DNA of 64,000 bases, from contig PBSN01000008.1 in the NCBI GenBank assembly GCA_002726235.1, forward strand, positions 282,749 through 346,748, read 5' to 3'. This DNA is from Nitrospiraceae bacterium (lineage in GTDB: Bacteria > Nitrospirota > Nitrospiria > Nitrospirales > UBA2166). The notes under the pieces were generated by a model. The model ran no database searches and was not told the DNA's origin. It was given only the letters and a program-made list of their open reading frames with translations. Positions 10,886 through 20,763 of the stretch are shown here, in pieces. The number at the start of each line of letters is the position of its first letter. The first letter of the stretch is position 1. Made by a program: the position numbers and the translations under genes.

Positions 10886-10979
10886 GCCAATAGCTCCTTG
10901 GGTGAGAGTAGGTGATAACTGCGCAAAGTGGTATCGCAGATCAATGGGTTTCTGTCAAGGAATGTGTGGTTTTACTTGC

Positions 10980-11009
10980 TTGACACCTTTCTTTCACGTT
11001 CGGTAAGAT
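10980..11009 (+). promoter_or_regulatory. Candidate sigma70 promoter for the cytochrome c maturation operon
   Basis: TTGACA-N18-TAAGAT. Confidence 0.5.
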
Positions 11010-11088
11010 CACGAGCGTTTGTATTAGTGTTTTCTTCTATTCGCTCGCAATTTTACGCCTAATAATACATGGTTAGAGGAAGAAGGCC

Positions 11089-12534
11089 TTGGCGGATTCG
11101 CCCGCGGAAGAATCTCTGAGTAAAAAATCTGCAGAACAGAGCGGGTGGGGCCGGTTTGACTGGTCCGGACTGCCAGGCGATGTTGTGGATACGCTGAGTT
11201 CTCTCAAGCTTGCTATCTCCCTATTCATCGCTCTTGCCATCCTTTCGACGATTGGAACTGTCATTCAACAGGGTGAATCCTCTGACTTCTATATCAAAGA
11301 ATATGGGGAACCGCTCTTTCGATGGTTCCAGACGCTCGGGTTTACAGATGTCTATAACCAAGTGTGGTTTCGGGCCGTTCTTGGTCTACTCATTGTCAAC
11401 TCCTTGACGTGTTTTTACAAACGATTCCCAGGAATTTGGCGGTCCATGCGCCAGAGTCAAATTACGGTCACTCCAACGTTTATTGGTGCCTTGAAGCAAC
11501 ATGCGAAAATTTCCATCGGTCGTGAAGGTGGGCATGTGGCTGAGAAAATGATTGATATTTTTGGTAGCAAAGGATATCGAGTGTCTGCCACACGTATCGA
11601 CAAGGACATATCGGTTTTTGCTACAAAAGGAATCATGGGCAGGGTTGGTGCGCATGTTGCGCATGTCAGTGCCGCCGTGATTGTGCTGGGCGGACTTATC
11701 GGATCCGTCACGGGTTTTCGGGACTTTGGAGTCGGTCTTCCAGGCCAGACCTACTGGATACCTCAAGGGGAATTTAACCTGACGGTTGATAAGTTCTGGA
11801 TGGATTATTATGAGAATGGCGCTATAAAATCCTATAATAGTACATTGTCCGTGTCGGATCCGTTAGTTGATAATGGGAAAAAACAATTAACAAAAACGAT
11901 CACAGTCAATGATCCACTTGTTTATAATGGCATATGGTTCTATCAATCGTCGTATGGGGATCACTGGGATCAGATTGATAAAGCTAAGGTGTTGATTAAA
12001 GAAAAAAGTTCTGACCAAGTTGTGAGTGATGTCATGCTGGATTGGAAAGTACCCATGGAGATTCCTGACTTGGGATTAATACTCAATGTGACTGGGTTTG
12101 CTGCTGACTTTGCGTTTGATTCGGAGACGAAACAAGTATCGTCCAAGACAAGTGAACATAACAACCCAGCGGTACAACTTGCGATTACGGAAGAGAATAA
12201 GACGGTTACGCCGTGGCTATTTGTTGACTTTCCAGGAATCATTGATATACCCGATTCAAAGTATGCATTTGAAATTACCGCCTACGGGCCGTCAAAATAC
12301 ACCGGTCTTCAGATAGCGAAGAATCCTGGCATTACGATTGTCTGGACCGGGTGCTTAATGATTGTTGTCGGGATGGCGCTTTCATCATTTATTTTTCATC
12401 GGCGCCTTTGGGTGAATATTCAGTCGGAGGGAGAAGGGACCGTCCTTCATGTAGGGGGCAACACCCATAAAGGACAAATTGATTTTACGCGGGAGTTTTC
12501 AGAATTACTTGAACGGATACAGGGTATTGCATAG
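11089..12534 (+). CDS. resB: Cytochrome c biogenesis protein ResB/CcsB
   Basis: LSSLKLAI..IGTVIQQ N-terminus, conserved TM His, VNDPL..GIWFYQSSY, C-terminal TM then HRRLW. Confidence 0.93.
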   Translation: MADSPAEESLSKKSAEQSGWGRFDWSGLPGDVVDTLSSLKLAISLFIALAILSTIGTVIQQGESSDFYIKEYGEPLFRWFQTLGFTDVYNQVWFRAVLGLLIVNSLTCFYKRFPGIWRSMRQSQITVTPTFIGALKQHAKISIGREGGHVAEKMIDIFGSKGYRVSATRIDKDISVFATKGIMGRVGAHVAHVSAAVIVLGGLIGSVTGFRDFGVGLPGQTYWIPQGEFNLTVDKFWMDYYENGAIKSYNSTLSVSDPLVDNGKKQLTKTITVNDPLVYNGIWFYQSSYGDHWDQIDKAKVLIKEKSSDQVVSDVMLDWKVPMEIPDLGLILNVTGFAADFAFDSETKQVSSKTSEHNNPAVQLAITEENKTVTPWLFVDFPGIIDIPDSKYAFEITAYGPSKYTGLQIAKNPGITIVWTGCLMIVVGMALSSFIFHRRLWVNIQSEGEGTVLHVGGNTHKGQIDFTREFSELLERIQGIA

Positions 12535-12574
12535 AATGATGGCGGCGGGAGTTTCTTGAGATAGGGGAGACAGA

Positions 12575-13477
12575 ATGTTCACGGCACTATTTCTTTTTGA
12601 TTTGACCTTCTGGTTGTACCTCGCGGCTGTTGTGTTGTACATCGGATACGTTGCGGTCGGACGGACTGGGTTGCAGCTGGTTGCTGAAGGGCCTCGGCAA
12701 CTGTCGACATCGGATTGGTCTGTGCCCGTTGGTCAACTTGCGACGATGATCACTGCCGTGGGGTTATTCGTCAACACGGCGGCGCTTGCAATGCGGGCCC
12801 ACGAACGGTATTTGCTCACGGGAACTTTCGCCCCTTGGTCGAATCAATACGAGGCTATGGCATTTGTGGCATGGTCGATTATTGCAGGATACCTTCTGCT
12901 TGAGTTCAAATACGGCATCAAGGCTATTGGTGCATTTGTCGTTTCAATTGGCTTTATTGCGATGGGCGCAGCGTCTTTGCTTCCCTATCGTTACCAAACG
13001 GCAGAACCCCTTGTTCCAGCTTTGAACAGTTATTGGATTTATATTCACGTCTCGGTCACCCTCACTAGCTATGCGGCTTTCGCGATGGCAGGTGGTTTAG
13101 GAGTAATGTATCTCCTTAAGGAACGTGCTGAGCGAAAGGGATTACAGTCCTCTGTAACCGCGGCATTCCCAAATCTTGAGACGATTGATGAGCTTGGATA
13201 CAAATCGATTACGATTGGGTTCCCCTTACTAGCTTTTGGAATAATTTTGGGAGCGATGTGGGCAAATTACGCTTGGGGAGGTTATTGGAGTTGGGATCCA
13301 AAGGAGACGTGGTCTCTTATTGTGTGGCTAATCTATGGGGCCTATATTCATGCGCGTATGACGCGTGGGTGGGGAGGGCGCCGTGCGGCGATTTATGCGA
13401 TTTTTGGACTGCTGATGGTCGTCTTTTGTTTTTGGGGAGTGAACTTCCTGCTTTCTGGGCTCCATGCCTATGCCTAA
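12575..13477 (+). CDS. ccsA: Cytochrome c synthase CcsA/ResC
   Basis: WWD domain WANYAWGGYWSWDPKETW; C-terminal GLHAYA. Confidence 0.96.
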   Translation: MFTALFLFDLTFWLYLAAVVLYIGYVAVGRTGLQLVAEGPRQLSTSDWSVPVGQLATMITAVGLFVNTAALAMRAHERYLLTGTFAPWSNQYEAMAFVAWSIIAGYLLLEFKYGIKAIGAFVVSIGFIAMGAASLLPYRYQTAEPLVPALNSYWIYIHVSVTLTSYAAFAMAGGLGVMYLLKERAERKGLQSSVTAAFPNLETIDELGYKSITIGFPLLAFGIILGAMWANYAWGGYWSWDPKETWSLIVWLIYGAYIHARMTRGWGGRRAAIYAIFGLLMVVFCFWGVNFLLSGLHAYA

Positions 13478-14105
13478 GGTCAACGAATCAGACGTTGGAT
13501 TCAATGAACCCAACGATGCCGAGGCGAGTGGCGAGGTACCGTCAGCTAGTAGTAGGGTTTCGCGTCTCCCTGTCATAATCGGGCTGATCGTTATCTGTAG
13601 CCTTGCGTTTGGACTTGTGTGGATGCAAGGTGCGAAGTATGAACCCGTAGTGGTTGGGAAGGTGGCTCCTGATTTTGAGTTAAAGAATTTGAATGGGGAG
13701 ACATGGAAACTTTCAGATCAGCAAGGACAAGTCGTGTTTCTGAATTTTTGGGCAACCTGGTGTAAACCCTGCCAAGAGGAAATGCCTTCCATGGAACGTC
13801 TCCACCAAACTTTCGAGTCTGAGTTTGCAGATGACTTTGTCATGGTAGCTGTGAGCATCGATAAGTCGGCCGATGATATTCCGGCGTTTATGGCAAAGCA
13901 CGAATTGACATTTCCTGTGCTTCATGACCGCTGGGGAAAGGTCGACCGGATTTATAAAATCATGGGAGTTCCGGAGACGTACATTATCAATCAGGCGGGT
14001 GTGTTAGTTGAGAAAGTCATTGGACCACGCGATTGGAATAAAACACAGCATATCCAAGGTATGCTGGATCTCTTGAGAAGCAATCCTGGCCAAGCCGATG
14101 CGTAA
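13464..14105 (+). CDS. TlpA/ResA-family thiol-disulfide oxidoreductase
   Basis: TM anchor, APDF, NFWATWCKPC, GVPETY. Confidence 0.92.
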   Translation: MPMPKVNESDVGFNEPNDAEASGEVPSASSRVSRLPVIIGLIVICSLAFGLVWMQGAKYEPVVVGKVAPDFELKNLNGETWKLSDQQGQVVFLNFWATWCKPCQEEMPSMERLHQTFESEFADDFVMVAVSIDKSADDIPAFMAKHELTFPVLHDRWGKVDRIYKIMGVPETYIINQAGVLVEKVIGPRDWNKTQHIQGMLDLLRSNPGQADA

Positions 14106-14114
14106 AAGAGCGAC

Positions 14115-14687
14115 ATGAGACGGATGATCGATTGGTCTCTGGTTTTCTGGGGGCTCGTGTTAGCCCTTGCAGGGATGTCGTGTGATCAGGTTTCAAGCAC
14201 GCAAGTTGAGGCCAAAGAGCAACGCTCGGTTGCAGTATCAACACCGGAAAGCCCTCGCGTTGGTTTTCGTGCTCCGACATTTAGCCTGCCGGACTTGCAT
14301 GGCAATGAGGTGAATTTATCAGATCTCAGAGGCAAGGTAGTTCTTGTCAATTTTTGGGCCACCTGGTGTGGACCGTGTGTCATCGAGATGCCGTCGATGG
14401 AGAAGCTCTATCGTGAATTTCACAGTGAAGGATTTGAGATTCTTGCGGTGTCCAACGACTCACAGGGGCAGCTGGTTACGAAGCCATTCAAGGAGCAATT
14501 TGGGTTGACCTTCCCTATTCTTCATGACCTTCATCATGAGGTTAATGCTGCCTACCATATTCGCTCGATTCCTGCATCAATGTTGATTGGAAAGGATGGA
14601 GTGATTACGTATCGTGTTCCTGGTGCTCGGGACTGGTATAGCGAAAAAGCTCGTGATATGATCCGTCATCTTCTAGATCTCGCCTAG
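14115..14687 (+). CDS. TlpA/ResA-family thiol-disulfide oxidoreductase, probable lipoprotein
   Basis: Signal ending LAGMSC; NFWATWCGPC. Confidence 0.92.
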   Translation: MRRMIDWSLVFWGLVLALAGMSCDQVSSTQVEAKEQRSVAVSTPESPRVGFRAPTFSLPDLHGNEVNLSDLRGKVVLVNFWATWCGPCVIEMPSMEKLYREFHSEGFEILAVSNDSQGQLVTKPFKEQFGLTFPILHDLHHEVNAAYHIRSIPASMLIGKDGVITYRVPGARDWYSEKARDMIRHLLDLA

Positions 14688-14707
14688 AGAGCGTTTCTTT
14701 TCTTCCG

Positions 14708-15469
14708 ATGTTTGAACCTCAAGTGTCTTTCACGATCGCGTTTGTCGCAGGGTTTCTCTCCTTTATCTCGCCCTGTGTGTTGCCATTAGTCCCGTCCTAT
14801 TTAAGCTACATCACAGGTTTATCTCTTGACCAGCTCACCAGTGACGATGATCGCCGGAAATTACGGGGTACCATTATGACAAATTCGCTTCTTTTCATCG
14901 GCGGATTTTCATTTGTTTTCATGGCCTTTGGTGCCTCGGCAAGCTTTGCCGGTCAGCTCTTGTTTTCCTATCACGATTATCTTCAAAAAATCGGTGGAAT
15001 CTTAATCATCCTGTTTGGTTTGTATGTAATGGGAGTGTTCAAGCTTAAGTTCTTGGCTGCTGAAAAGCGACTTCAGCTTCCTAGGCGGCCGGCTGGATAT
15101 GTAGGATCTGTTATTATCGGGATGGTCTTTGGTGCTGCATGGACGCCGTGTGTTGGACCAATTCTCGGTGCAATCCTGGCCCTTGCAGCCACGTCTGATT
15201 CGATGATGACTGGCGTCCAACTTCTTGGAGTATATTCCTTAGGGTTAGGTATTCCGCTTTTTCTCGCGGCGTTGGGTGTGGACTCATTCTTGAATTACTT
15301 CAAAAAGGTGCGTGCCTATATGTGGGCGGTTTCAGTCACGAGTGGCGTTTTTTTGGTACTCGTAGGCGTTATGATTTACACTAATTCATTTGCACAATTC
15401 ACTCGCATACTGACCGAGTATGGTATCGGGTGGTATGTAGGACCGGATGCTGCCGCAGGGTCCTTCTGA
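14708..15469 (+). CDS. ccdA: Cytochrome c biogenesis protein CcdA
   Basis: SFISPCVLPLVP and WTPCVGPIL motifs, multiple TM helices. Confidence 0.95.
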   Translation: MFEPQVSFTIAFVAGFLSFISPCVLPLVPSYLSYITGLSLDQLTSDDDRRKLRGTIMTNSLLFIGGFSFVFMAFGASASFAGQLLFSYHDYLQKIGGILIILFGLYVMGVFKLKFLAAEKRLQLPRRPAGYVGSVIIGMVFGAAWTPCVGPILGAILALAATSDSMMTGVQLLGVYSLGLGIPLFLAALGVDSFLNYFKKVRAYMWAVSVTSGVFLVLVGVMIYTNSFAQFTRILTEYGIGWYVGPDAAAGSF

Positions 15470-15665
15470 TCCCTTATCGAACAATCGGTCATCGCTACTC
15501 GTTTTCCTTTCCCAATATCGCCCACACAGCGTTCGATGGATTGCATCGTTGCCGCACATGTGGATCGTGCTTCACTGGGACGAAACTGGGTAGCAGGAGT
15601 CTTTCCCGCAGTGGTGCAGTAGGGAGAGTATAAGTCGGTTTATGGACTAGGAGCAGAATTAACCT

Positions 15666-16556
15666 ATGGCATCCAACGATGGAGTTTCTGGTGTTACGAC
15701 ACGTATCATGGGCATACTGGGATATCCCCTTGCACATTCCTTATCACCAGTCATGCACAATGCGGCCTTTTCCGCAACCGGAATCAATGCGTGCTATGCG
15801 CCTTTTGTTGTCACACCTGAGAATATAAAAATTGCAGTCAATAGTTTGGTAGCACTAGGGGTGTGTGGCGTCAATGTTACGATTCCACATAAAGAGAGAG
15901 TCGTTCCACTGCTTGACGAACTCGACAGTGATGCGGAACGTATCGGTGCGGTGAACACGATTGTGATAAAGGACTCACGCTTAATCGGCTATAACACGGA
16001 TGCGAAAGGATTCGGGAATGCTTTTGCTGAGGAAGTTGGTTATTCGCTTGAGGGGCGGCGTGTAATGCTTTTTGGCGCTGGGGGTGCCGCACGTGCTGTC
16101 CTCGCAGAACTTATCACAGAGGGGGTGCGTGACCTCGTAGTTGTCGTGCGGGAACTTGAACGTGGAACGGCAATGGTAAAAGATCTATTGGCGGACAAGC
16201 AAGATGGCAGGGTAAAGGTAGCTGTGCAGACTTTTGAGGCATTACATGCGGATATTCAACGACCGGATGTGTTGATCAATGCCACATCGGTTGGTCTTCT
16301 TCCCCAGGATCCCATATTGATACCTTCAGGATTTGTGACGTCCAAAATGGTGGTGTATGACCTTATCTACAATCCACCGACCACGCCGCTTTTGGATGAG
16401 GCAAAAAGGGTGGGTGCTATTGCGATAAATGGCTTGGGGATGCTTGTGCATCAGGGAGCCTTGGCTTTCCAGCTTTGGACAGGTGAGCGCGCCCCGAAGA
16501 ACGTAATGCGTGAATCGCTTTTGAGGGCGCTTGAGGGTATAAAACATCATCCATAG
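15666..16556 (+). CDS. aroE: Shikimate dehydrogenase
   Basis: HSLSP, NVTIPHKE, GAVNT, NTD, GAGGAAR, GLGMLVHQG. Confidence 0.97.
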   Translation: MASNDGVSGVTTRIMGILGYPLAHSLSPVMHNAAFSATGINACYAPFVVTPENIKIAVNSLVALGVCGVNVTIPHKERVVPLLDELDSDAERIGAVNTIVIKDSRLIGYNTDAKGFGNAFAEEVGYSLEGRRVMLFGAGGAARAVLAELITEGVRDLVVVVRELERGTAMVKDLLADKQDGRVKVAVQTFEALHADIQRPDVLINATSVGLLPQDPILIPSGFVTSKMVVYDLIYNPPTTPLLDEAKRVGAIAINGLGMLVHQGALAFQLWTGERAPKNVMRESLLRALEGIKHHP

Positions 16557-16599
16557 AAACAATCGGTGCCGAAAGTCATGCGGAGGTGATGGCTTAATT

Positions 16600-17070
16600 G
16601 TGAAGATAACGTATTCTTGGAGCTTCTTTACACGAGAAAATAAGGAAGCCGGCGGTCCAGTACAAGTAGGTGCGGACATTGAGGTCTTTGTACGACAGTT
16701 TATCGATGTGATCAACGCTGGTCTTTCTCTTGTCCACGCGCTGGATTTTTTTGGTTCCAACGTGAAAACAAACAACTTGCTAGATTGGCATACTCGTAGA
16801 AACTTTGAGCATGCGTGAGTCTCGCTGAGGAGAGGGCCACCGTAGAGCCCTTGGATCAAGAAGACGTCTTCCCACCCGTTATCCACAATATGATTGCTGT
16901 TGGGGAGTCAATTGGCGCGGTGGTTACCATCCATGATGATTAAGGTTACTGAGTTCTACGATGATGAGATTTGGCCATTAATATGTTCACTGCAAGCCTC
17001 TGACCCATGCTTAGGATGGTGCTAAGGTTTCTGGAACGATCGTCATTGCCACGCATTTTGAATTTTCTGG
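16600..17070 (+). pseudogene. pilC: Eroded type IV pilus/T2SS platform gene (PilC/GspF family), internally deleted and frameshifted
   Basis: Pieces in different frames: DIEVFVRQFIDVINAGLSLVHALD; EPLDQEDVFPPVIHNMIAVGESIGAV (from 16815); IKVTEFYDDEI; VSGTIVIATHF. Confidence 0.82.
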
Positions 17071-17091
17071 ATGGAGGACACTATCGGGTAG

Positions 17092-18042
17092 ATGCAATGC
17101 ATTGAGGTTATTGCCCCTGCAAAAATAAATTTAATTTTGTCCGTTCTTGATCGTCGACCGGATGGGTATCATAATATCTGGTCGTTGATGCAGATGCTTG
17201 AGTTGCATGATTCTATCGTGGTGTCTTGCGATATGCTCCCCGAAGCGCATGATGTTGCGGGTTCTCATCAAAAACCGTTGCCCATCACGCTAGAATGTTC
17301 TGATGCTCGGTTGCCGTGTAACAAGGAAAATTTGGTATATCGTGCCGCGATAGCTGTCATGGAAAAAGCTGCCGTTTACCCGAAACTCCACATTCGAATT
17401 ATCAAACAGATTCCCATTGCCGCTGGCCTTGGAGGGGGGAGCAGTGATGCTGCGGCAACCATACAAGCCCTAAATCGTTTGCTACGTCTTGGGTGGGGGA
17501 ATGCTGAATGTGCACAGATTGGAGCGGGCATTGGGAGCGATGTGCCGTTTTTTTTCCATGGACCGACGTCGATTGTTCGTGGGAAAGGAAGCGAACTGTT
17601 TCCCGTTACGGTTAAGTCACCGCGCTGGGTCGTGCTCGTGAAACCTCCATTTGATATTTCAACCTCTTGGGCATACGAGCAACTCGATGAATGGAGGGCA
17701 TTGCAGGGTGAGAGAAGGCGTTTTACTGATGATGAAACAGTGCAGACCCTCCTTCAATCACCTCGATCGAATGAAGAGATTTACCCATATTGCTGGAATG
17801 CATTTGAGCAGGTAATGGAAGAACGCTTCCCTGTTCTTGCTATGATTCGGCAGGAACATCATGATTTTGGCGCTAACCTTGCCATGCTGGCTGGCAGTGG
17901 GTCGACGGTCTTTGGCGTATACCCTTCAGAAGATATTGCCATCGCAGCTAAAAGAAAATTTCTGGATCACGAAAACTATCAAGTCTGGGCAACAAAGATG
18001 AAGGTTGCTCAACCACCTTTGGGCCATAAAACCGTTGGTTGA
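17092..18042 (+). CDS. ispE: 4-diphosphocytidyl-2-C-methyl-D-erythritol kinase
   Basis: APAKINL, IPIAAGLGGGSSDAA, GSDVPFF, GSGSTVF. Confidence 0.97.
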   Translation: MQCIEVIAPAKINLILSVLDRRPDGYHNIWSLMQMLELHDSIVVSCDMLPEAHDVAGSHQKPLPITLECSDARLPCNKENLVYRAAIAVMEKAAVYPKLHIRIIKQIPIAAGLGGGSSDAAATIQALNRLLRLGWGNAECAQIGAGIGSDVPFFFHGPTSIVRGKGSELFPVTVKSPRWVVLVKPPFDISTSWAYEQLDEWRALQGERRRFTDDETVQTLLQSPRSNEEIYPYCWNAFEQVMEERFPVLAMIRQEHHDFGANLAMLAGSGSTVFGVYPSEDIAIAAKRKFLDHENYQVWATKMKVAQPPLGHKTVG

Positions 18043-18067
18043 CAAGGGTTTTAATATCAGATACGTT
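18039..18067 (+). promoter_or_regulatory. Candidate sigma70 promoter for prs-rplY-pth
   Basis: TTGACA-N17-TACGTT. Confidence 0.5.
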
Positions 18068-18110
18068 GTACCGATTTTGCAATACTGCACATACAGAAGG
18101 GGATGGGCAG

Positions 18111-19052
18111 TTGGGCGATAACCTCAAGGTTTTTGCTGGGAATTCTAACCCTGAGCTGGCAATGGAGGTCTGCCAGTATCTTGGTATTGGGCTAGGCGAT
18201 ATTGAAGTTTCGACGTTTAGTGACGGCGAAATACAGGTTAAGATCGAAGAGAATATTCGTGGAGCGGATGTTTTTCTCATACAGTCCTGTTCGCCACCGG
18301 TTAACCGACATATTATGGAATTGCTCATCATGATGGATGCAGTGAAACGCTCATCTCCACGCCGCATCACCGCAGTGATCCCATATTATGGCTATGCTAG
18401 GCAAGATCGAAAGATGCAATCTCGTGTCCCTATCTCGGCTAAGTTGCTTGCAGATCTCATTACGACTGCGGGTGCAGACCGCGTGCTCACCATGGACCTT
18501 CATGTCGGCCAAATTCAAGGGTTTTTTAATATCCCATTAGACCACTTGTACGGCACTCCGGTTATTCTGGATTATGTTGATGCTGTGGGATATGAGAATT
18601 TGGTTGTGGTCTCTCCTGATGCAGGCGGAGTTGAACGCGCTCGTGCATTTGCCAAGCGTCGGCAGTTTAACCTTGCGATTATTGATAAGCGGCGCGAAGG
18701 ACCAAATCAAGCTGAGGTGATGAATATTATTGGGAATGTGAAGGGACACGACGTGTTATTGCTTGATGATATGATCGACACAGCCGGCACGATTGTTCAA
18801 GGGGCAAAAGCTTGTGCTCAGCAAGGTGCAAAGCGGGTGAGGGCGGCGTGTACTCACGCGACGCTCTCAGGTGCAGCTCTTGACCGACTTAGTGCGGTAG
18901 AGCTTGAGGAAGTGATTGTAACGAATACTATTCCTCTTCATGGAAAGGAGCAGCAATGTCCCAAGCTCAAAGTTCTGTCCGTTGCTGCCTTGTTGGGGGA
19001 AGCCGTGGCGCGTATTCATGCGGAGGAGTCGGTGAGTTCATTGTTTGTGTAG
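18111..19052 (+). CDS. prs: Ribose-phosphate pyrophosphokinase
   Basis: FSDGEI, PYYGYARQDRK, VSPDAGG, DDMIDTAGT; TTG start at 18111 after GAAGGGG. Confidence 0.97.
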   Translation: MGDNLKVFAGNSNPELAMEVCQYLGIGLGDIEVSTFSDGEIQVKIEENIRGADVFLIQSCSPPVNRHIMELLIMMDAVKRSSPRRITAVIPYYGYARQDRKMQSRVPISAKLLADLITTAGADRVLTMDLHVGQIQGFFNIPLDHLYGTPVILDYVDAVGYENLVVVSPDAGGVERARAFAKRRQFNLAIIDKRREGPNQAEVMNIIGNVKGHDVLLLDDMIDTAGTIVQGAKACAQQGAKRVRAACTHATLSGAALDRLSAVELEEVIVTNTIPLHGKEQQCPKLKVLSVAALLGEAVARIHAEESVSSLFV

Positions 19053-19099
19053 AAATGGGCAACTTAACCTTCCAATTAGTAGAGTGAGATCATGAATCA

Positions 19100-19753
19100 A
19101 TGAATTGTCGGTTGCCTTTAACCAAGAGAGTTGAAACAGGCAAGGGTGCCGTGCGTCAACTGCGCAGAGAAGGCAAGGTTCCTGGAGTGCTGTATGGGAA
19201 AGGTGAAACGACCTCTCTCACCCTTGACTACGTCGAGTTCAACAAGGTTCTTCGTTTAAGTCGGCAAGGGTATGTACTGGTCACCCTGACTGAAGCGGGT
19301 AACAATGGCACTGTACAGCACAATGCGATACTCAAAGATGTCCAGTATGACCCTATCGATGGGAAAGCTCTCCATGTGGATTTTTTTGAAGTTGCAATGG
19401 ACCTGCCTATTCAAGTAACAGTTCCGATTGTGATCATTGGATCAACTCCCGTAGGCGTGGTACTTGGTGGAGTGTTACGGCAGAGGCAGCGGCATCTACA
19501 CGTTGAAGGACTCCCATCAGAGATTCCTGATACAGTTAGCGTTGATGCGTCCGGATTGGATATTGGGCACATTGTGAAGGTGAAGGATATTCCCATTGCA
19601 AAGGGCATCAAAATACATGATGACCTTGAGAAGATCGTTGTCAATATTACCGCTAAGAGGATAGTGGTCGAGACAACAGAAAGCGAAGGCGAGGAAAGTG
19701 TTCAGACACCTCAGGAATCTGCAGCGTCAAAACCTGCAGCGTCAACTACTTAG
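19100..19753 (+). CDS. rplY: 50S ribosomal protein L25/Ctc
   Basis: GKGAVRQLRREGKVPGVLYG, HVDF, C-terminal TL5 domain. Confidence 0.96.
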   Translation: MNCRLPLTKRVETGKGAVRQLRREGKVPGVLYGKGETTSLTLDYVEFNKVLRLSRQGYVLVTLTEAGNNGTVQHNAILKDVQYDPIDGKALHVDFFEVAMDLPIQVTVPIVIIGSTPVGVVLGGVLRQRQRHLHVEGLPSEIPDTVSVDASGLDIGHIVKVKDIPIAKGIKIHDDLEKIVVNITAKRIVVETTESEGEESVQTPQESAASKPAASTT

Positions 19754-19779
19754 GTCTGGGGGAAATACGTTCGATTGCT

Positions 19780-20364
19780 ATACGCCTTATCATCGGACTT
19801 GGAAATCCAGGTGTCCGTTACAGATGGACTCGACATAACATCGGGTTTATGGTCCTTGATCAGCTCGCTGAGGAATGTGGCGTGGCGTTTAAGCGTGATG
19901 CGGGGTTTCTCGCTGGGTTTGGAATGATAGGAAGTGAGCACGTCATCCTTGTTAAACCGCAAACGTTCATGAATAACAGTGGGGATATGCTGGCTACTCT
20001 GTATGCAGAAGAAAGGGCATCAACCTTTGATTTAATTGTGATTCATGATGATTTGGATCTCGATCTTGGAAGGATTAAAATTCAACACGGTGGGGGTGGT
20101 GGTGGACACCGTGGAGTCGAATCAATTATTGAGCAGTCGGTAGGCAACCAATTCACTCGAGTGAGAATGGGAATTGGACGTCCGACATTTCCGATGACGA
20201 GTGCTGATTACGTGTTGTCTCCACTGACAGAGAGAGACAGGTTGGAGTTTAAAAAAATAACGCAACGTGCCGCAGCTGCAGTGCATTGTCTCGTGCGCGA
20301 TGGAATTACAAGAGCGATGAATCATTTTAATAGCAGCAAGAATGAATCGTCCATGTCGCAGTAA
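19780..20364 (+). CDS. pth: Peptidyl-tRNA hydrolase; start codon non-canonical or uncertain
   Basis: In-frame IRLIIGLGNPGVRYRWTRHNIGF upstream of the tracked ATG; KPQTFMNNSG, HDDLD, GHRG, RVRMGIGRP. Confidence 0.9.
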   Translation: MRLIIGLGNPGVRYRWTRHNIGFMVLDQLAEECGVAFKRDAGFLAGFGMIGSEHVILVKPQTFMNNSGDMLATLYAEERASTFDLIVIHDDLDLDLGRIKIQHGGGGGGHRGVESIIEQSVGNQFTRVRMGIGRPTFPMTSADYVLSPLTERDRLEFKKITQRAAAAVHCLVRDGITRAMNHFNSSKNESSMSQ

Positions 20365-20403
20365 GGGATATCCTTTGTCCACTTTGGGTGTGTAGGGGAA
20401 AAC

Positions 20404-20763
20404 ATGAATCAAGAAGAAATACGGATGTATGAATTGGTAGTGATTCTGAGGCATTCCTTAGGTGATCCAGAAATTCAACAATTTATTGATGACTACACCG
20501 TTCGGATAGAACAGAGCGGGAGCATAGTGATAAAAGTCGACAACTGGGGCAAGCGAAAGCTTGCATATGAAATTAAAGGTGAGAGAAAGGGGACATATCT
20601 TTGTTTTAATTTTCAAGGGAAAGGGGCTGTTATTCAGCCGCTTGAAAATGCAAATCGTATCAATGATGTGATTCTGAAGTCTATGATAATCCGAGTTGAG
20701 AAAATCGCTAGTGATACAGTAGCTGGCAACGAGGTGGAGGAACGGGAGAGTGCCGTCGTTTAA
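20404..20763 (+). CDS. rpsF: 30S ribosomal protein S6
   Basis: MYELVVIL, WGKRKLAYEI. Confidence 0.96.
   Translation: MNQEEIRMYELVVILRHSLGDPEIQQFIDDYTVRIEQSGSIVIKVDNWGKRKLAYEIKGERKGTYLCFNFQGKGAVIQPLENANRINDVILKSMIIRVEKIASDTVAGNEVEERESAVV

Noticed and set aside
10886..10980. SAM riboswitch upstream of metK
   Set aside because: Short leader with no SAM riboswitch consensus that I could recognise
16326..16886. 186-aa minus-strand ORF
   Set aside because: Antisense to the aroE 3' end and the pilC relic; no motifs
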